A DNA stretch of 64,000 nt from Octopus sinensis (GCF_006345805.1 NC_043022.1:24986001-25050000); one strand, 5' to 3'; positions 23,381 through 37,221 are shown, numbered from the stretch's first letter. The notes: generated by a model from the letters alone, not told the origin. Made by a program: numbers and translations.

Positions 23381-24925
23381 TATTGGGCCATAAACAATGC
23401 GGTTTTTTATACTTCCTATTTTTCAAAATAACGATAAAGTTCTTATTTAATCTAAAATATACACTGCTTTATTTTCTACAATGCTCTTCCCTCTATCTGG
23501 TAGACTTGCAAAATTCACTTGTCCGTGGCGAAAAATTCCAAAATTCACTTGGCTGTGACGAAAAATACTCCTCCAGTACTGTTATGAACTCGTCTATAGA
23601 ATTCGTATTTTTTCTGTTCAAATGATTTTGAAGAATGCAGAATAAATGATAATTAGATGGGGCAATGTCCGGTGAATATGGTAGTCGAGGCATCGTTTCC
23701 CATTCAAACTGCTCCAGCCTTCGGAAGGTCATCCTCGCAGTGTGTGGCCGAACATTATCCTGATGGAAGAACACCTTTCGTCTTGAAACTAAACAAAGAT
23801 TGTCGTTTTTCTTCTAGCGCTGATTTAAGCTGCTCACAGTAGATCTTTGTTATCGTTTGGTTTGGGTTTAAAAGTTCAAAATGGACTAAACCTTTCATAT
23901 TCCACCAAACAGATATCAACACCTTACGTGGGTGAAGACCTTTAGCCTGGATTGCCGGTGTTCTTTCCCTACCCACTGTCTTCGGCGCATGACATTTTTA
24001 GAGAGAACCCATTTCTCATCAACAGTCAATATTCGGACTAAAAAAGGGTTCATTCGTGGGACGTGACAGCAAAGTAAAGCACACATTCACTCTCCGCGCG
24101 TAATTAGACTCGAAAAGTTTGTGAGGAACCCATTTACCCAATTTGCTAGCTTTTCCGATGGCAAGCTTGTATCGATGAATACTTGAATGACCAAATCCAA
24201 GCTTTTCTGCTAGTTCCTCAACAGTTACGATGGGATTTGTTCCACCAGGGCTTGTAGGACGTCCTTATCGACTTCTACAGATCTTCCAGGTCGAGGCTCA
24301 TCTTCTAGGCAGTAAGTAGCCAAATGGCTTAAAAACCTGGACGTTATCAAAGATGTGATCTGAAAAAAAAATGGCTACTGCTCCTTGCACATTAGGAGAT
24401 ATGCACTTGAATGGGGTTTTTTTAAAAGAAAAACACTGAGTAATTGATCCACATGCCTGCCCAGAATATGACTGGTACTTATAACATCAGACCCTGTAGA
24501 TGACTGTCAATATGACTCAGAAACCTGGACGTTATCAAAGAAGCTTGAGAGGCGGTTGGATGGAACTTACACTCGCCTCCTTATGAGAACTCAAAATCTC
24601 TTGTGGAAGCGTCATCCAACCAAAGTACAAATATATGGGAAACTACCACCTGTATCATCTCTTGCGAAGGGTAGAAGAGTCCAGTTTGCTGGACATTGTT
24701 GTAGAGTTGAAAACGAGGCAATTTCTACTCTTCTCCTCTAGAAGCCATCTGCTCGCGATACCAGAGGGCGCACACTCTCCTACCCTGATGTAATCTCCAG
24801 GGATACAGGCATCCAGCAACAGGACCTCCGTAATGCTATGATGGACCGTGAAGTCTGGCGTAACATAGTAAATTCCACGGTCGAACAATGATGATAATAG
24901 GCAGTAGCTTCCGGCTTGGAAAATT
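23381..24925 (-). pseudogene. mariner (D,D34D) transposase pseudogene, interrupted by a LINE insertion
   Basis: WVPHKL, ILTVDEKW, HQDN..34 aa..YSPDIAPSNYHLF (third catalytic D replaced by N); frameshifts; TIR-like end plus TA at 23379; ..FQAGSYCL|EDEPRPGR frame continues across the insertion. Confidence 0.9.
24315..24897 (+). mobile_element. 5'-truncated RTE-type LINE insertion with a chimeric 5' segment
   Basis: 9-bp TSD TAGGCAGTA at 24306 and 24898; DSETWTLSKKLERRLDGTYTRLLM..FAGHCCR from ~24513; (ATG)n tail. Confidence 0.85.
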
Positions 24926-25087
24926 CATCTTTCGGTTCTTTCTTCTTGCGACATTCTAATCACATGTCAGTAGTACCATAGCTGTGGCCTCTCGATGCGG
25001 AAAAGTAGTGGGTCGACCTGAAGAAAATTCCTGATCTACGCACCGTATCAAGTACAATTACTCCAGAGGCCCTTCGGCGAAGACTCC

Positions 25088-25504
25088 GAATTTTTTCGGT
25101 TTGAACGACAGTTTTTTAAAATAATTTCCACGTAAATAAACACTTTTAAACTTCGTATACTGGTAGAATGTGTTCATAAAACATCTTTTTCTCTTGGCTT
25201 TATTGAGAAAATTCTATATTTTGTAAGATATTTGTTGTTTTTTTCTTCAATTTCTGCAAATTTCAACCAAATACTGACGTCTATTGAGGTAAAAAAAAAC
25301 ATTCTGTACCGTATGAAAATGTCCCTCGTTTAAGAAACTGATTGGGTTTATTTACATCTGTGAAGAAAAAAAAAGATACCCTTCCCCCCACTCCCAACCC
25401 TAAAACAGATTGAAATGCAATAGATCGATACTAGGGTCATAATTATGGGTGACAATTTCATATGGCACCGCTAGAAAAAACTGCCGTACAAACCGAAAAC
25501 ATCC
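25088..25504 (+). mobile_element. MITE (same family as 17104), diverged TIRs
   Basis: Interior aligns with the 17104 copy. Confidence 0.85.
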
Positions 25505-25788
25505 AAGCTTTGACCGCTAGTGTTCGCGATCCTAATATTTTGGTCATTACCTAACATTCATAGCCGTAGGTGAGGATGGGTACGAAAACAGAAATGAAGG
25601 AAGCAGGTAAAGTTTTTTTTTTTTCTCTTTTACCAATCTCTCCACTTCTGAATGTCGAATGCTGGAACTAGCACATTATTATGCCAGAACCTGCAATTCT
25701 TGCATCTAGTGCAGCATCCTGCTCCCCATCAATACACCCTCGAAATATTTAAGCGTCTCCATTTGTTTCCATAATGCTACATTAACAT

Positions 25789-26134
25789 GTGGTGAAGGCG
25801 TATGGCTCAGTGGTTAGAGCGTCGAGCTTACGATCGTGAAGTTGTGAGCTCGAATCCCAGACCGAGCTGCGTGTTGTGTTCTTGAGCATGACACTTTATT
25901 TCACATTGTTCCAGTTCACTCAGCTGTAGAAATGAGTTGCGGCATCACAGGTGCCAAGCTGTATCCGCCCCTTTGCCTTTCCCTTGGATAACATCAGTGG
26001 TGTGGTGTGGAGAGGAGAGGCCGGTATGCATGGACGACTGGTGGTCTTCCATAAACAACCTTGCCCGGACTTGTACCTGGGAGAATAACATTCTAGGTGC
26101 AGTCCCATGATCTGTCGTGACCGAAGGGGGTCTC
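25789..26134 (+). mobile_element. SINE family D
   Basis: tRNA-like head, CTTGAGCA..ACACTTTA CORE-like motif, GACCGAAGGGGG end. Confidence 0.9.
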
Positions 26135-26228
26135 ATCGTATCCATCTACATATCCATGTCTGTCTATCTATCCTAGACATGTTTCAGTCTTATGACCTCA
26201 TATATTGTGTGTGTGTGTGTAGCCATCT

Positions 26229-26571
26229 ACATGGTTCATGACTCAGTGGTTAGAGCGTCGAGCTTACGATCGTGGGGTTGTGAACTCGAATCCCGGACTG
26301 GGCTGCGTGTTGTGTTCTTGAGCAAGACACTTTATTTCACGTTGCTCCAGTTAACTCAGCTGTAGAAATGAGTTGCGACGTTACAGGGGCCAAGCTGTAT
26401 CGGCCCCTTTGCTTTTCCCTTGGATAACACTGGGGAGGGGCGCGGAGAGGGGAGGCCGGTATGCATGGGCGACTGCTGATCTTCTATAAACCACCTTGCA
26501 CAGACTTGTGACTAGGAGGGTAACTTTCTAGGTGCAAGCTCATGGTCAGTGTCGTGACCGAAGGGGGTCCC
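26229..26571 (+). mobile_element. SINE family D
   Basis: Second copy ~95 bp downstream of the first. Confidence 0.9.
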
Positions 26572-27140
26572 AGGCCAGGCCACATTAACACGTAGAGTGC
26601 ACTGCGAAGACATATAAATACTGAAAAAATAAGAATAACACCAAAATACCAATATTAACAAAAAAAATAAAAAACAATCAACGAAAATTACATGAAACTC
26701 ATCTTTTTTTGTTTGTTTACTTTATTTACATTGAGAATCAACAAAATCATTACAGTTTTTTTGTATTATTATTATATTTTTTTTTGGTAATTTTTTTGGG
26801 TATAATTTTTTCGTTTTTTCAAATAGTCTTTGACAGTACCAAACATTAGTACTTTTACAGAGCTGTACAGTGATACACGTGGGTTCGTAATTTATTTTAT
26901 TGTTGTATTTACTGTCATTTTTTTTTGTTTATTTGGTTGGGTTTATATTGTTTTTTCATTGTTATTGTTGTATTACTTTTTTGTTCAATTATTATTATTA
27001 TAATTATTATCATTCATGTATGCATGTTAAATTGAAACTGAAAATAGAAAGGGAGGTGGATAAGTCTATCTGCGATTCATTGTAAGTATTGTATGTCGTG
27101 TATGTATATTACATATATATATAAATACATATATATGTAC

Positions 27141-27172
<32 letters not shown>

Positions 27173-27744
27173 GGGTGTGTGGTGTTGTGATGGTTACCTT
27201 TAATGGTTTAAGATTTCATTATGTACAAATTATAATCAATGGGTTTATAATCATCGTCATCATCGTCGTCGTCATTATATAATTATCAACATCATTATCA
27301 TTAAATCAGCTCCTTCCTTCCGGTCGCATACATACATACACACACAAACGCACACATATACACAACACATGCATCCATGTCATACACACATCATTCCCTT
27401 CCCTAACAACTCTTTTAACACCTACGCTGATTTTTTAAAAAAATTTTAATATTTATACAAATCTTTTGTTCGAGGGATTCCAGCAAACATTATATATATA
27501 TATATATATATATATGATTGCTGAATTTTAACAAGTGTATATATTGATACATTGACGTATATAACTGCATGTAAATGTTTGTGTGTATATATACATACAT
27601 ATATATATATATATATACATACACACACATACATATATACACACACTCACATATACACATTTATTTTGAGGGGTTATAGCCATTATCAGTTTTTAGGTTG
27701 CTGCAAAAAGGATATCAGAGCTTTGTAAAAGGAAAAATAAGACA

Positions 27745-27783
<39 letters not shown>

Positions 27784-28089
27784 GTGTGTGAGTGTACGTG
27801 TATAATATAATGTATGTTTAATTGCTGCCCTCTGGATTTACAAAATTTTTGTGTTTTCATTTTACTGTTGCATAACGTTCATCAGGGTGATACACGCATT
27901 CAAATGCAGAGGGTCAATAAAAGTTATATATATGTATATATATATATGTATGTATGTATGTAATTATCAGAGAGAAAGAAAGAAAGAGAGAGAGAGAAGA
28001 ATGTAGAGAGTACGTGTAACAAAAATTAAATCTTATTTTTCATATTTTCTTTATTTTGGGGTTTTAGGGAGAATAAAAATATGAGGTTT

Positions 28090-29066
28090 GGGAGGGAAGG
28101 GAAAGGGTGACAAATTCTTTGTTGTAGTTATAATGAAGGTGTGAAACTGTTATTGTAAAATAATATAATTAAAAATAAGGGACAATTTTAGTAATTTGTA
28201 TGTTGCTGGGGAGTAAAGTGGTACCTTTTACGGGGATTTTCGGGTTGGGGTTTTGTTTTACTTTTTTTAAGCCTTCCTCACTCCCACTTAGTTCAAGCGG
28301 TTCCCCACCCCTTATTTCACCCCTGTCAACATTACCTCTACTACCACTACCTTATGAAAAACTTCTAACACACACGTACACGCAAAACTCACATTTATAC
28401 AATTTTTTTATTATTGTTGTTGTAATTTGTTTCATTTCGTTATATTTTTAGTCAGGTGCGTGTGGGTGATTGAGCAAGGGTGGGAGTTGTGAGTGCAACT
28501 ACAATCTGTTGTTGCAGTTGTAGTTGTTGTTGTCAAATCCATCAGACTCCAACCCTCACGCAAAAGTATATAATTGGTACACAATTTGTTTTTGTTTTTT
28601 TTTTTAATTTTTTTCTTTTAAATTTCATTTATTGACGTCACAATTTCTTCTCTGACACGAGAGAAGGAAAGGCAAAAAAAAAAAAAAATTTTTTTTCAAA
28701 AATGTCGAACACAGCATAACAATTAACAAACTCCCAGGTGCGCGCACACGCATGCGCACTTAACCACACACGCATCCATACAAATGAAAGCCGTTTTTTT
28801 TTTCCAGTATTTCTTTTCGTTTTGTATTACAAAGTATTTGCTTTCAAACTTCAACACTCATGCATGCATACACACATGCATACATCCATACACGCGCACA
28901 CATACATTTAGAGTTTTTGTACATCTATATGCAGGCTCACGGACATGCATTGATCATGCATTGCTTCACATACAGATTGCATACACTTAAGTGTATATCA
29001 TCTGTATGGATTTTTATATATAATATTTTGAATTCATATATATATATGCATATATATATATATACG

Positions 29067-29097
<31 letters not shown>

Positions 29098-29265
29098 ATA
29101 TATATACGTATATATGTATATATATATTTATTTATTTAAAAAGCATATTATTTTACACCTTGTATATATATATATATGTATATATATGTGTATATATATA
29201 TATAGGCGTTTTTCAGCATAACATTTTAAAGGGAAAAAGGCAAAATTCACCCACCCGCCCGCCCC
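28090..29265. promoter_or_regulatory. Putative promoter-like motif cluster
   Basis: G4 motif at 28090-28107, TGACGTCA at 28633, CGCATGCGCA at ~28749, CCCGCCCGCCCC at 29254, within non-TE sequence. Confidence 0.25.
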
Positions 29266-29639
29266 ATTTTTTTAACAGATGGTAGAAAAATTTATATATG
29301 TATACATACATACAAACATTGATATACATACATACACGCAAACTACTATATATGTACGCACATACATATATTTGTGCACATACATTCAAATATACAGACA
29401 TACGTATACATACATGCATACACATATGTACATACATATATATATCTGTACACACACACACATACATACAAAAGACGGCAACAGCAGCAACAATGCCAAC
29501 AACAATGACAACAACAGTAATATTAGCAGAAGTAGTAGTAGTAGTAGCAGCAGCAGCAGTAATTAAATGGCAATAGAGAAAAAGAGAACAAATGCAAAGC
29601 AGCAATAATTATTTTTAATTAATTTTTGGAGAAAGCTAA

Positions 29640-30060
29640 TAATAATAATAATTTCAAATTTTGCCTTAAGGCCAGCATTTCGTGGGGAAGGGTTCAGTCG
29701 ATTACATCGACCCCAGTGCTCAACTGGTACTTATTTTACTGACTCCGGAAGGGACAAATGGCTAAGTATGCCCCCAGTGGAATTCGAACTCAGAATGTAA
29801 AGATGGATCAAAATGCTTAGCGGCATTTTGTCCAGCTTGCTAATGGTTCTGCCAGTTCCCCACCTAAATAAATAAGTAAATAAAAATAATTATCTCTAAG
29901 ATAGGCACAATGCCCCAAATTTGGTAGAAAATGTGTTAGCCAGTGAGATTGAACCCCTGACTGGTCCTTTAGTTTAGGACCCCGAAGGGATGAAAGGCAA
30001 AGTCGACCTTGGTAGAATTACAAGCCAGAATGTAAGATGTTAGAATAAATACCACAAAGC
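29640..30060 (-). mobile_element. Two old family A SINE copies
   Basis: (AAT)n tail followed by the degenerate GAAAGGCAAAGTCGAC..GAATTCGAACTCAGAA core. Confidence 0.8.
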
Positions 30061-30738
30061 TTTATTATTTTTTTTTTTGGAGGGTGTTATAATAAAAATA
30101 ATTTCTAACATAGGCACAAGGCTATCAACTAGTGGGGAAAGGAAGGGTTTTTTGGGCTCATTTAACCCTAAAAGAAGACTCCATGCTTTTAGTTTAGCAA
30201 TAAAAAGTTAAGGTAGCCACTGACTGTAAACAACTGCAACAAAATACTGCAGAATATTATTGTCTGACACTGTCTGGTTTTACAAACCAGATTCCTAACA
30301 TAGGTGTTAGTCATTTTCAAGGGTTAGATATTTTAAGGGTTGAGTGTCTCAGATTAAATTAACCCCTCTTCCACACTGACTGAAGACTTAGGTTTTTTTT
30401 TAATTTCTTATATTGACCCCCAGAAAAAAAATGTTGAAGCTTGTCAGGTTTTGAACATGGAATGTAGCTTGAAACACTTCAAACGAAGTACTTTGTTTCC
30501 AACTTTAGTAATTCTACCAAATAATAATAATAATAATTTGTAATAAGGGCTTAATAACAAAATGTTGAACAATGGATATGTTTTTATGCATTAGAGAGAG
30601 AGAGAGAGATGTTTTCATACAACGCTTATTACAGTGAACAATATTTTAAAAGATCTATGATGAAATCTACTAAAAATCTCAGAAGCAATGTGCAAGAGAG
30701 GTAGTATATATATATGTATATATCTATGTATATATATA

Positions 30739-30781
<43 letters not shown>

Positions 30782-31082
30782 GATGTATTTCTATGTATAC
30801 ATATATATATGCACAGATGTATTTCTATGTATATATATATATATATGCATGTGTTACATAATATATATTTATATCACATATTGCATAACATGTAGATTAC
30901 GTATGTTACACAAAATATATTTATAAAATATAGTAAATATTATAGATATTTATATGTATATATTGCAAAACGCACACATTCTATATACATATATATATAT
31001 ATATTTATATATATAACACTGTACATATAACTTATGTCCTTGCACATTATATAATTCAAATATATACACAAAAGATGTAAGT

Positions 31083-31122
<40 letters not shown>

Positions 31123-31269
31123 AGAGCACCAGTTGTTTGTTTGTGTCTTGTTTTGTGACTATTTTTATTTTCAGAAGAATGATGATGAAGATGAAAGGGC
31201 AATGAACAGGTATGAGAAGAAAATGTAGTTATAGGAAAGCATCAGGATGGGAAGAGTGATGTATCTATT

Positions 31270-31302
<33 letters not shown>

Positions 31303-31439
31303 AGGATATGATGGGTCAGTGTGAATGAGAAAGTTTAGGTAGTGAAAGAAACCCAGTCCCTCAGCATGGCTGTAGTCCAATGATTGAGACAGCTAAATGA
31401 TAAAATAAAACACACACAGAAATAGAAAGTGGTGATATC

Positions 31440-31470
<31 letters not shown>

Positions 31471-31854
31471 TGGGATAACAGGGATATGACTTGCATAGGG
31501 TTTTGTATACAGAGAAATTTGATATCACTCTATGGCTGCAGAAAGACCTCGTTAGAAGAGTTCTCTTCATTAATTAGGAAATGCTGCATATGTCCTTGTA
31601 TTATATACATCTATGCATATATTTATATTGTCATATGTACATGCATCAGTGTATAGGTACATACATGTGTGTGTTTATATATATATAGATAGATAGATAG
31701 ATATGTATGTGTGTGTGTGTTTAAGGTATATTTTTGTAATTATCTTAGATTGGTCAATTAAGTTAACTGACCAACACTTAATTGCTTGAGCTGAAAGCTC
31801 AAAGCAACTATCTATATTCTGTAAGAATCTGCATTACATTATTATATAGATGTA

Positions 31855-32217
31855 TCTTCTATATAAACGGCAGTTTGTCGTGTGTGTTTCGTGTGTCTGT
31901 TTGGTTGTACCTCACTCTGACCACGGCTTTCCAACGATTCTGATGAAAACTTGACAAACATAGCCCAATGTCATAATTCAAAACTAACGCAGCGAAAATT
32001 TTGAAAAGTTCCCCAGTTCTGAAAAAAATCGATAAATTCGACATGGGGTCGATAATCAGAAACACAACCACAGACTGTCTAGGGGACGCAACTCCACCTT
32101 TTTTAACTTCAAAAAAAATTTATCATATTTTTTTCCCATATTTTGGCTATAACTATCTAAAAATGCTTTATAGTTATTTCCCTTACAAACCCGAGCAACG
32201 CCGGGCGATACTGCTAG
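31855..32217 (+). mobile_element. Non-autonomous Helitron
   Basis: A|TC start at 31855; CCCGAGCAACGCCGGG hairpin 8 nt before CTAG|T at 32217. Confidence 0.85.
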
Positions 32218-32964
32218 TATATTATATACATGTATATATATATATACACACTCGTACATGTATATTATATATATATATACACACAAACTCTCACACACAT
32301 GTATATTATATATATATATATATATATATAGTGAATGGGTGAGAGTGTGTGTGTGTGTGTGTGTGTATATATGTGTGTGAACATATTTTCACAAAGGTGT
32401 GATATTAATATATTTCGCTATTAAAATAATTCTGCTACATCTACTATTGCTAATAAAAACAACAACAATAATAATAATAATGATAATAATAATAGTAATT
32501 TGGGTACAAGAGCACTACTTTGTGGTGGGAGAGATAAGGGTAAAGGCGTTGGGGATGTATATAATTTCATTAAATGATCTTAATTAAATGCTAAAATAGG
32601 ATTTGAAAATGTGAATGTAAAATAAACAAAATGACTTGTTAGATACTATAAAGGCACTCTACCAATTTTGGTTCTTCACTACTCTCTCTAAGATGGTTAT
32701 GATGATGATATGATGAGAGGAATTAATATGGCCACACAAGATCTCAAATGTTTTGTGGAGCAGTGCGGGGGTTGTGGTGTAACAACACAGTTAATGCTAA
32801 GCCCAGTTTCAGTATGGATAACTTCCTTCACTGACCAGAAAGGTGAAAAGCAAAAAAGCTCGGCCTATGTGGGATTTGAACTCGCAACGTAAAGACCTGT
32901 AACAAAACTCAGTGATGAGGTTTTACAGCTAATACTCTACTGATCCTCCCAATGCAACCTGTTT

Positions 32965-33640
32965 GGAATAATAATAATAATCATAATAATAATCCTTTCT
33001 ACAATAGGCACAAAGCCAGAAATTTTGGTGAAGTAGGCCAGTTGATTATATTGACCCAGTCTTTCACTGGTCCTTAATTTATTGACCCTGAAAGGATGAA
33101 AGGCAAAGTCAACCTTGGCAGAATTTGAACTCAGAATGTGAAGACGAACAATATGTAATTGAGCATTTTATCTGGTATGCTAATGGTTCTGCAAGCTCAC
33201 TGCCTTAATAATAATAATAATTCTTTCTGATTTTTTTGGCACAAGGCCAGCACTTTTGGGTGGAAGGGGAAGGCAATTACATTGACCCTAGTAGTTGGTT
33301 GGTGCTTATTTTTATTGACCCCTGTAAGAATGAAAAAGCAAAGTTGATCCTGGCTGAATTTGAACTTAGAACAAAAAACCAGCATTCACAAAATTCTACC
33401 AGCTCACCACCTTACTACTACTACTACTACTAATAATAATAATAATAATTTCTAAGATTGACATCAAGGCTAGGCGTTTGAGCCAGAGGCACTAGTCAAT
33501 GAAACTAACCCCACAGAAGTTTATCAATACCAGATGGATGAAAGGCAAAGGTTTGCCTTGGTTAGATATGAACTCAGAACATACATAGGCAGAAGAAATA
33601 ATGCAAAGCATATTTTGCCTGATTCCCTCAACAATTCTTC
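32965..33640 (-). mobile_element. Three old family A SINE copies in tandem
   Basis: (AAT)n tail plus degenerate core, three times. Confidence 0.75.
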
Positions 33641-33870
33641 TATGCCACTAGCTTCCTTCGGGACCTGACTCTGCTCTACCATTTACTGATGCAAAAAACC
33701 AGTCCCTAGAAGACCTCGAGTTAACTTGTCTAACTGTGATATTAACAACTCCAAACAGCTTTTGTACCAAATGACAGTGAGCCATTACTATTATTATTCA
33801 TTATTATTAATGTAGTTGTTAAAGCTGTTATAGTTATCATTATAATAGATAAGCAGGATGGAGAAAGACC

Positions 33871-33904
<34 letters not shown>

Positions 33905-33984
33905 GAAATAAGAAACTAGAAATGATTCCCTAAAAGCAAATCCAATCTGAAAATACTTCACATTAATTTCACATAGAGAGTATG

Positions 33985-33994
33985 TATGTGCATT

Positions 33995-34027
<33 letters not shown>

Positions 34028-34080
34028 ATATATATGCCTGTTTATCTATGAATGTTAAAGTGTATGTTTGAGTGTGTATG

Positions 34081-34126
<46 letters not shown>

Positions 34127-34138
34127 TGTTTATGTGTT

Positions 34139-34169
<31 letters not shown>

Positions 34170-34249
34170 ACATGCATGCATATTTAAGTGTTTATATATA
34201 TACACACACACACAACATATATTATATATATATATATACACACACAAAC

Positions 34250-34296
<47 letters not shown>

Positions 34297-34311
34297 TTAT
34301 GTTTATGTGTT

Positions 34312-34342
<31 letters not shown>

Positions 34343-34425
34343 ACATGCATGCATATTTAAGTGTTTATATATATACACACACAAACATATATATATATAT
34401 ATTATATATATATATACACACACAT
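33985..34425. repeat. AT/TG compound microsatellite with an internal ~180-bp duplication
   Basis: TTTATGTGTTTACATGTATA..CATGCATGCATATTTAAGTG occurs twice. Confidence 0.9.
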
Positions 34426-35319
34426 ATACAAAACAGAGTGGAATATTATTTTATGAATTGAAACAAGAAAGGCAAACAGTTTTAAAGGGGAATGAAAAGA
34501 CAAGAAAAATAAAGAAACAATACAAAAACGAAAACAACTGTTAATGTCATTATATATATAAATGAAATTCAATTTGCATGTCTATGCGAGTGTGTGCATA
34601 TAACTTCATATACACACGAATATATATGTGCGTATGTATGTTTAAATATGCGTGTGTGTGTTGGAATGATTATTCTGTCCATGAGATATGGATTACAAAT
34701 AACAAAAATCAAACAAGTAAAAAAAAAAAATGTAATAAAAAAGTAATAAAACAGATAAAATAAAACATACGTATCACTTCAACAATAAATGAAAGCAACT
34801 CAATATATGATTTGTTATAAAGATTTAAACACAAAAATAAAAATGAAAACAAATAAACAAACATATAAATATGCAAGCACTATATACATACACTTGCAAC
34901 ACACTGCTGTCACATCATACATATATAAATGTGTGTGTGTGTGTGTGTGTTAAGCCTTCAACAAGTAGAACAGCACTTAATTTTTACTCGTTTAGCTTGA
35001 TCATGTTATAAGAAAAACTACAATTCTCGTTAAATACAGCTACCCATGGTTTCGACTGGGAAACCCGAGGTTGCCGTATGTAATAAAAATTGCAGTTTTT
35101 ATTATCACATCATATATATATATGAATATAAATATCTGGTGATCAGGGCCATCTCAACAGCATTATAGGCCTCTGGGGGAAATCGATGCACGTGACCCTA
35201 TGGTATTTAGTATATTGATAGCAAGCCACAGTTTACGCAGATCAGCATAGGGCCAGCCCCTAGTCTCATGAGGCACATGAACAAGTGCCCACACCTTAAA
35301 ATGACACTGGTGATGATGG

Positions 35320-35470
35320 TCGAACTCTATTCAAGTGATAGATCTATAGACAAGACATTCCAGTCATGACCACTCCTAAATTTCAGAGGTTATCTAGGAC
35401 CATATCATCTAACAGGTTCTCACCATTTAAGATGGTGAAGTTTATTTTGAGGAGAGTTGCCTGCTATCTC
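35320..35470 (+). mobile_element. Ancient interspersed repeat (related copies at ~37020, ~44100, ~58100)
   Basis: Shared degenerate motif AAGACATTCCAG.CATGACCA.C. Confidence 0.45.
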
Positions 35471-36386
35471 TGAACAGCTGAAAAACCAGCTAGAAGCTCT
35501 CTTGTTGCGAGGTGTTCATGTATTTGTTTGTAAGTAGGCCCTATGTCAAATTTTTGTTAAAAGGAAACCAGCTTAAATAGCAGTTTTGAAATGAAATCCT
35601 CCTCCCCCCCTTTATTGAACTGCTGCTGCTTCTTAGAAAGAGCAGAAGACTTTAAAACCCTTTTTTAATCTCACCAGTCCACTGTTATATCTGGAGTAGA
35701 GAACAATCAGTTGAAATACTTGTGCATTTGCTTAGGGACTTCCCCAACTGCTAACCATCTTTTTGGCCTGGGCCCTATTCGATCCATATCTTACCCAGTG
35801 ATAAAAAGCAGAATTTAGGATTGACATATACAGAACTGAAACATATACAGCAATGCATGTCAGTCATTATATTAATTTGAATTAATTATTCTATTAACAA
35901 GATTTTGAAAACAATACACATACACATAAAACTGAAACAAGCACAAATTTTTAAATAAAGATTTCTGAAATTAATTAGCAACAGCAACCAGACCACCACT
36001 AACAACAAAGTGCAATCAATGAATTAACCAACGAAATAAAAACAATATATACAAATATATATAAATTAAACCAAAAAATTCAAACGGAGCGATTACAACA
36101 AAACTATAGTACAATTCAATAAAGTTCAAAACACAACTCGAAACAAAGAAAGGAGTGAAAATGTGATATTTCACGGTGTAGTGACACTAGTAAAGATAAT
36201 ATTGACAGTGCAAAAATTACAAAAACAAAACAAAAACAACAGTACTATTTGTTGCAGCAGGTGCATTAATGATAAAACTTGAAAATGAGGATAAGTTAAC
36301 CTGTATATACATGCATTGTGTGTGTGGTGTGTGTATATATATATATGTACAGTTTGAATTCTAGAATGGTATTATATATATGTATA

Positions 36387-36413
<27 letters not shown>

Positions 36414-36422
<9 letters not shown>

Positions 36423-36592
36423 GATTAGGGTATTTACGAGATAGCACCATGCTGAAAATAGCAGCCATGATCTGACTCTAAAACCACCTTAATTGTCCAT
36501 ATATATCAACATATTAAGGTGGTTTTAGAGTCAGATCATGGCTGCTATTTTCAGCATGGTGCTATCTCGTAGATACCCTAATTTATAATTTT
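36414..36592. repeat. Long inverted repeat, 80-bp arms with a 19-nt loop
   Basis: Arms at 36414-36493 and 36513-36592, 2 mismatches. Confidence 0.95.
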
Positions 36593-36648
36593 AATAATTA
36601 ATACCTTTGAAGGCTATTTTTTCCATGTTGACCACTTGATAAAAATCG

Positions 36649-36727
36649 TTATTTTATTTTTGAATCAACGATCTTATTTTATTTTTGAATCAACGATCTT
36701 ATTTTATTTTTGAATCAACGATCTTAT
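36649..36727. repeat. 25-bp tandem repeat, 3 copies
   Basis: TTATTTTATTTTTGAATCAACGATC x3. Confidence 0.95.
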
Positions 36728-37221
36728 CCTTATATATATATATATATGTATGTATGTATGTAGACACACTTTCAATTATAGAAATTGGTCCATGTTACCA
36801 ATAGTTTCAAAATCACTATTGTCATCATACCAGTTTGACTGCAAGTGATTCAGGATTTGTTTTGGCTATATAACTGCGAGTGAACAATTTCATACGTATT
36901 TTTCTGTGTATATGTGTGTGTGTATATATATATATATATATAATCATCATCATTAAACGATGATTATGATGATGATATTTATATTGTATGTGTATATATA
37001 TAAGCATGCTCGTGTTTAACTCCAAGTCAGCTCTGAATGACCAAGCTTTTGATTAAGTACATTCCAACCATGACAAGCCTGCCTTTGTCTAAACCATAAT
37101 ATCTCCAAGTCTTTATCATCCTGGATATATCACGTCTCCTCTTGAGATTTGGGGAAAATTTCCAATAGATCAGGCAGCTGTATAGAGTTTTGTTCCTCAT
37201 GTATGAGTATCTGTATGTGTC

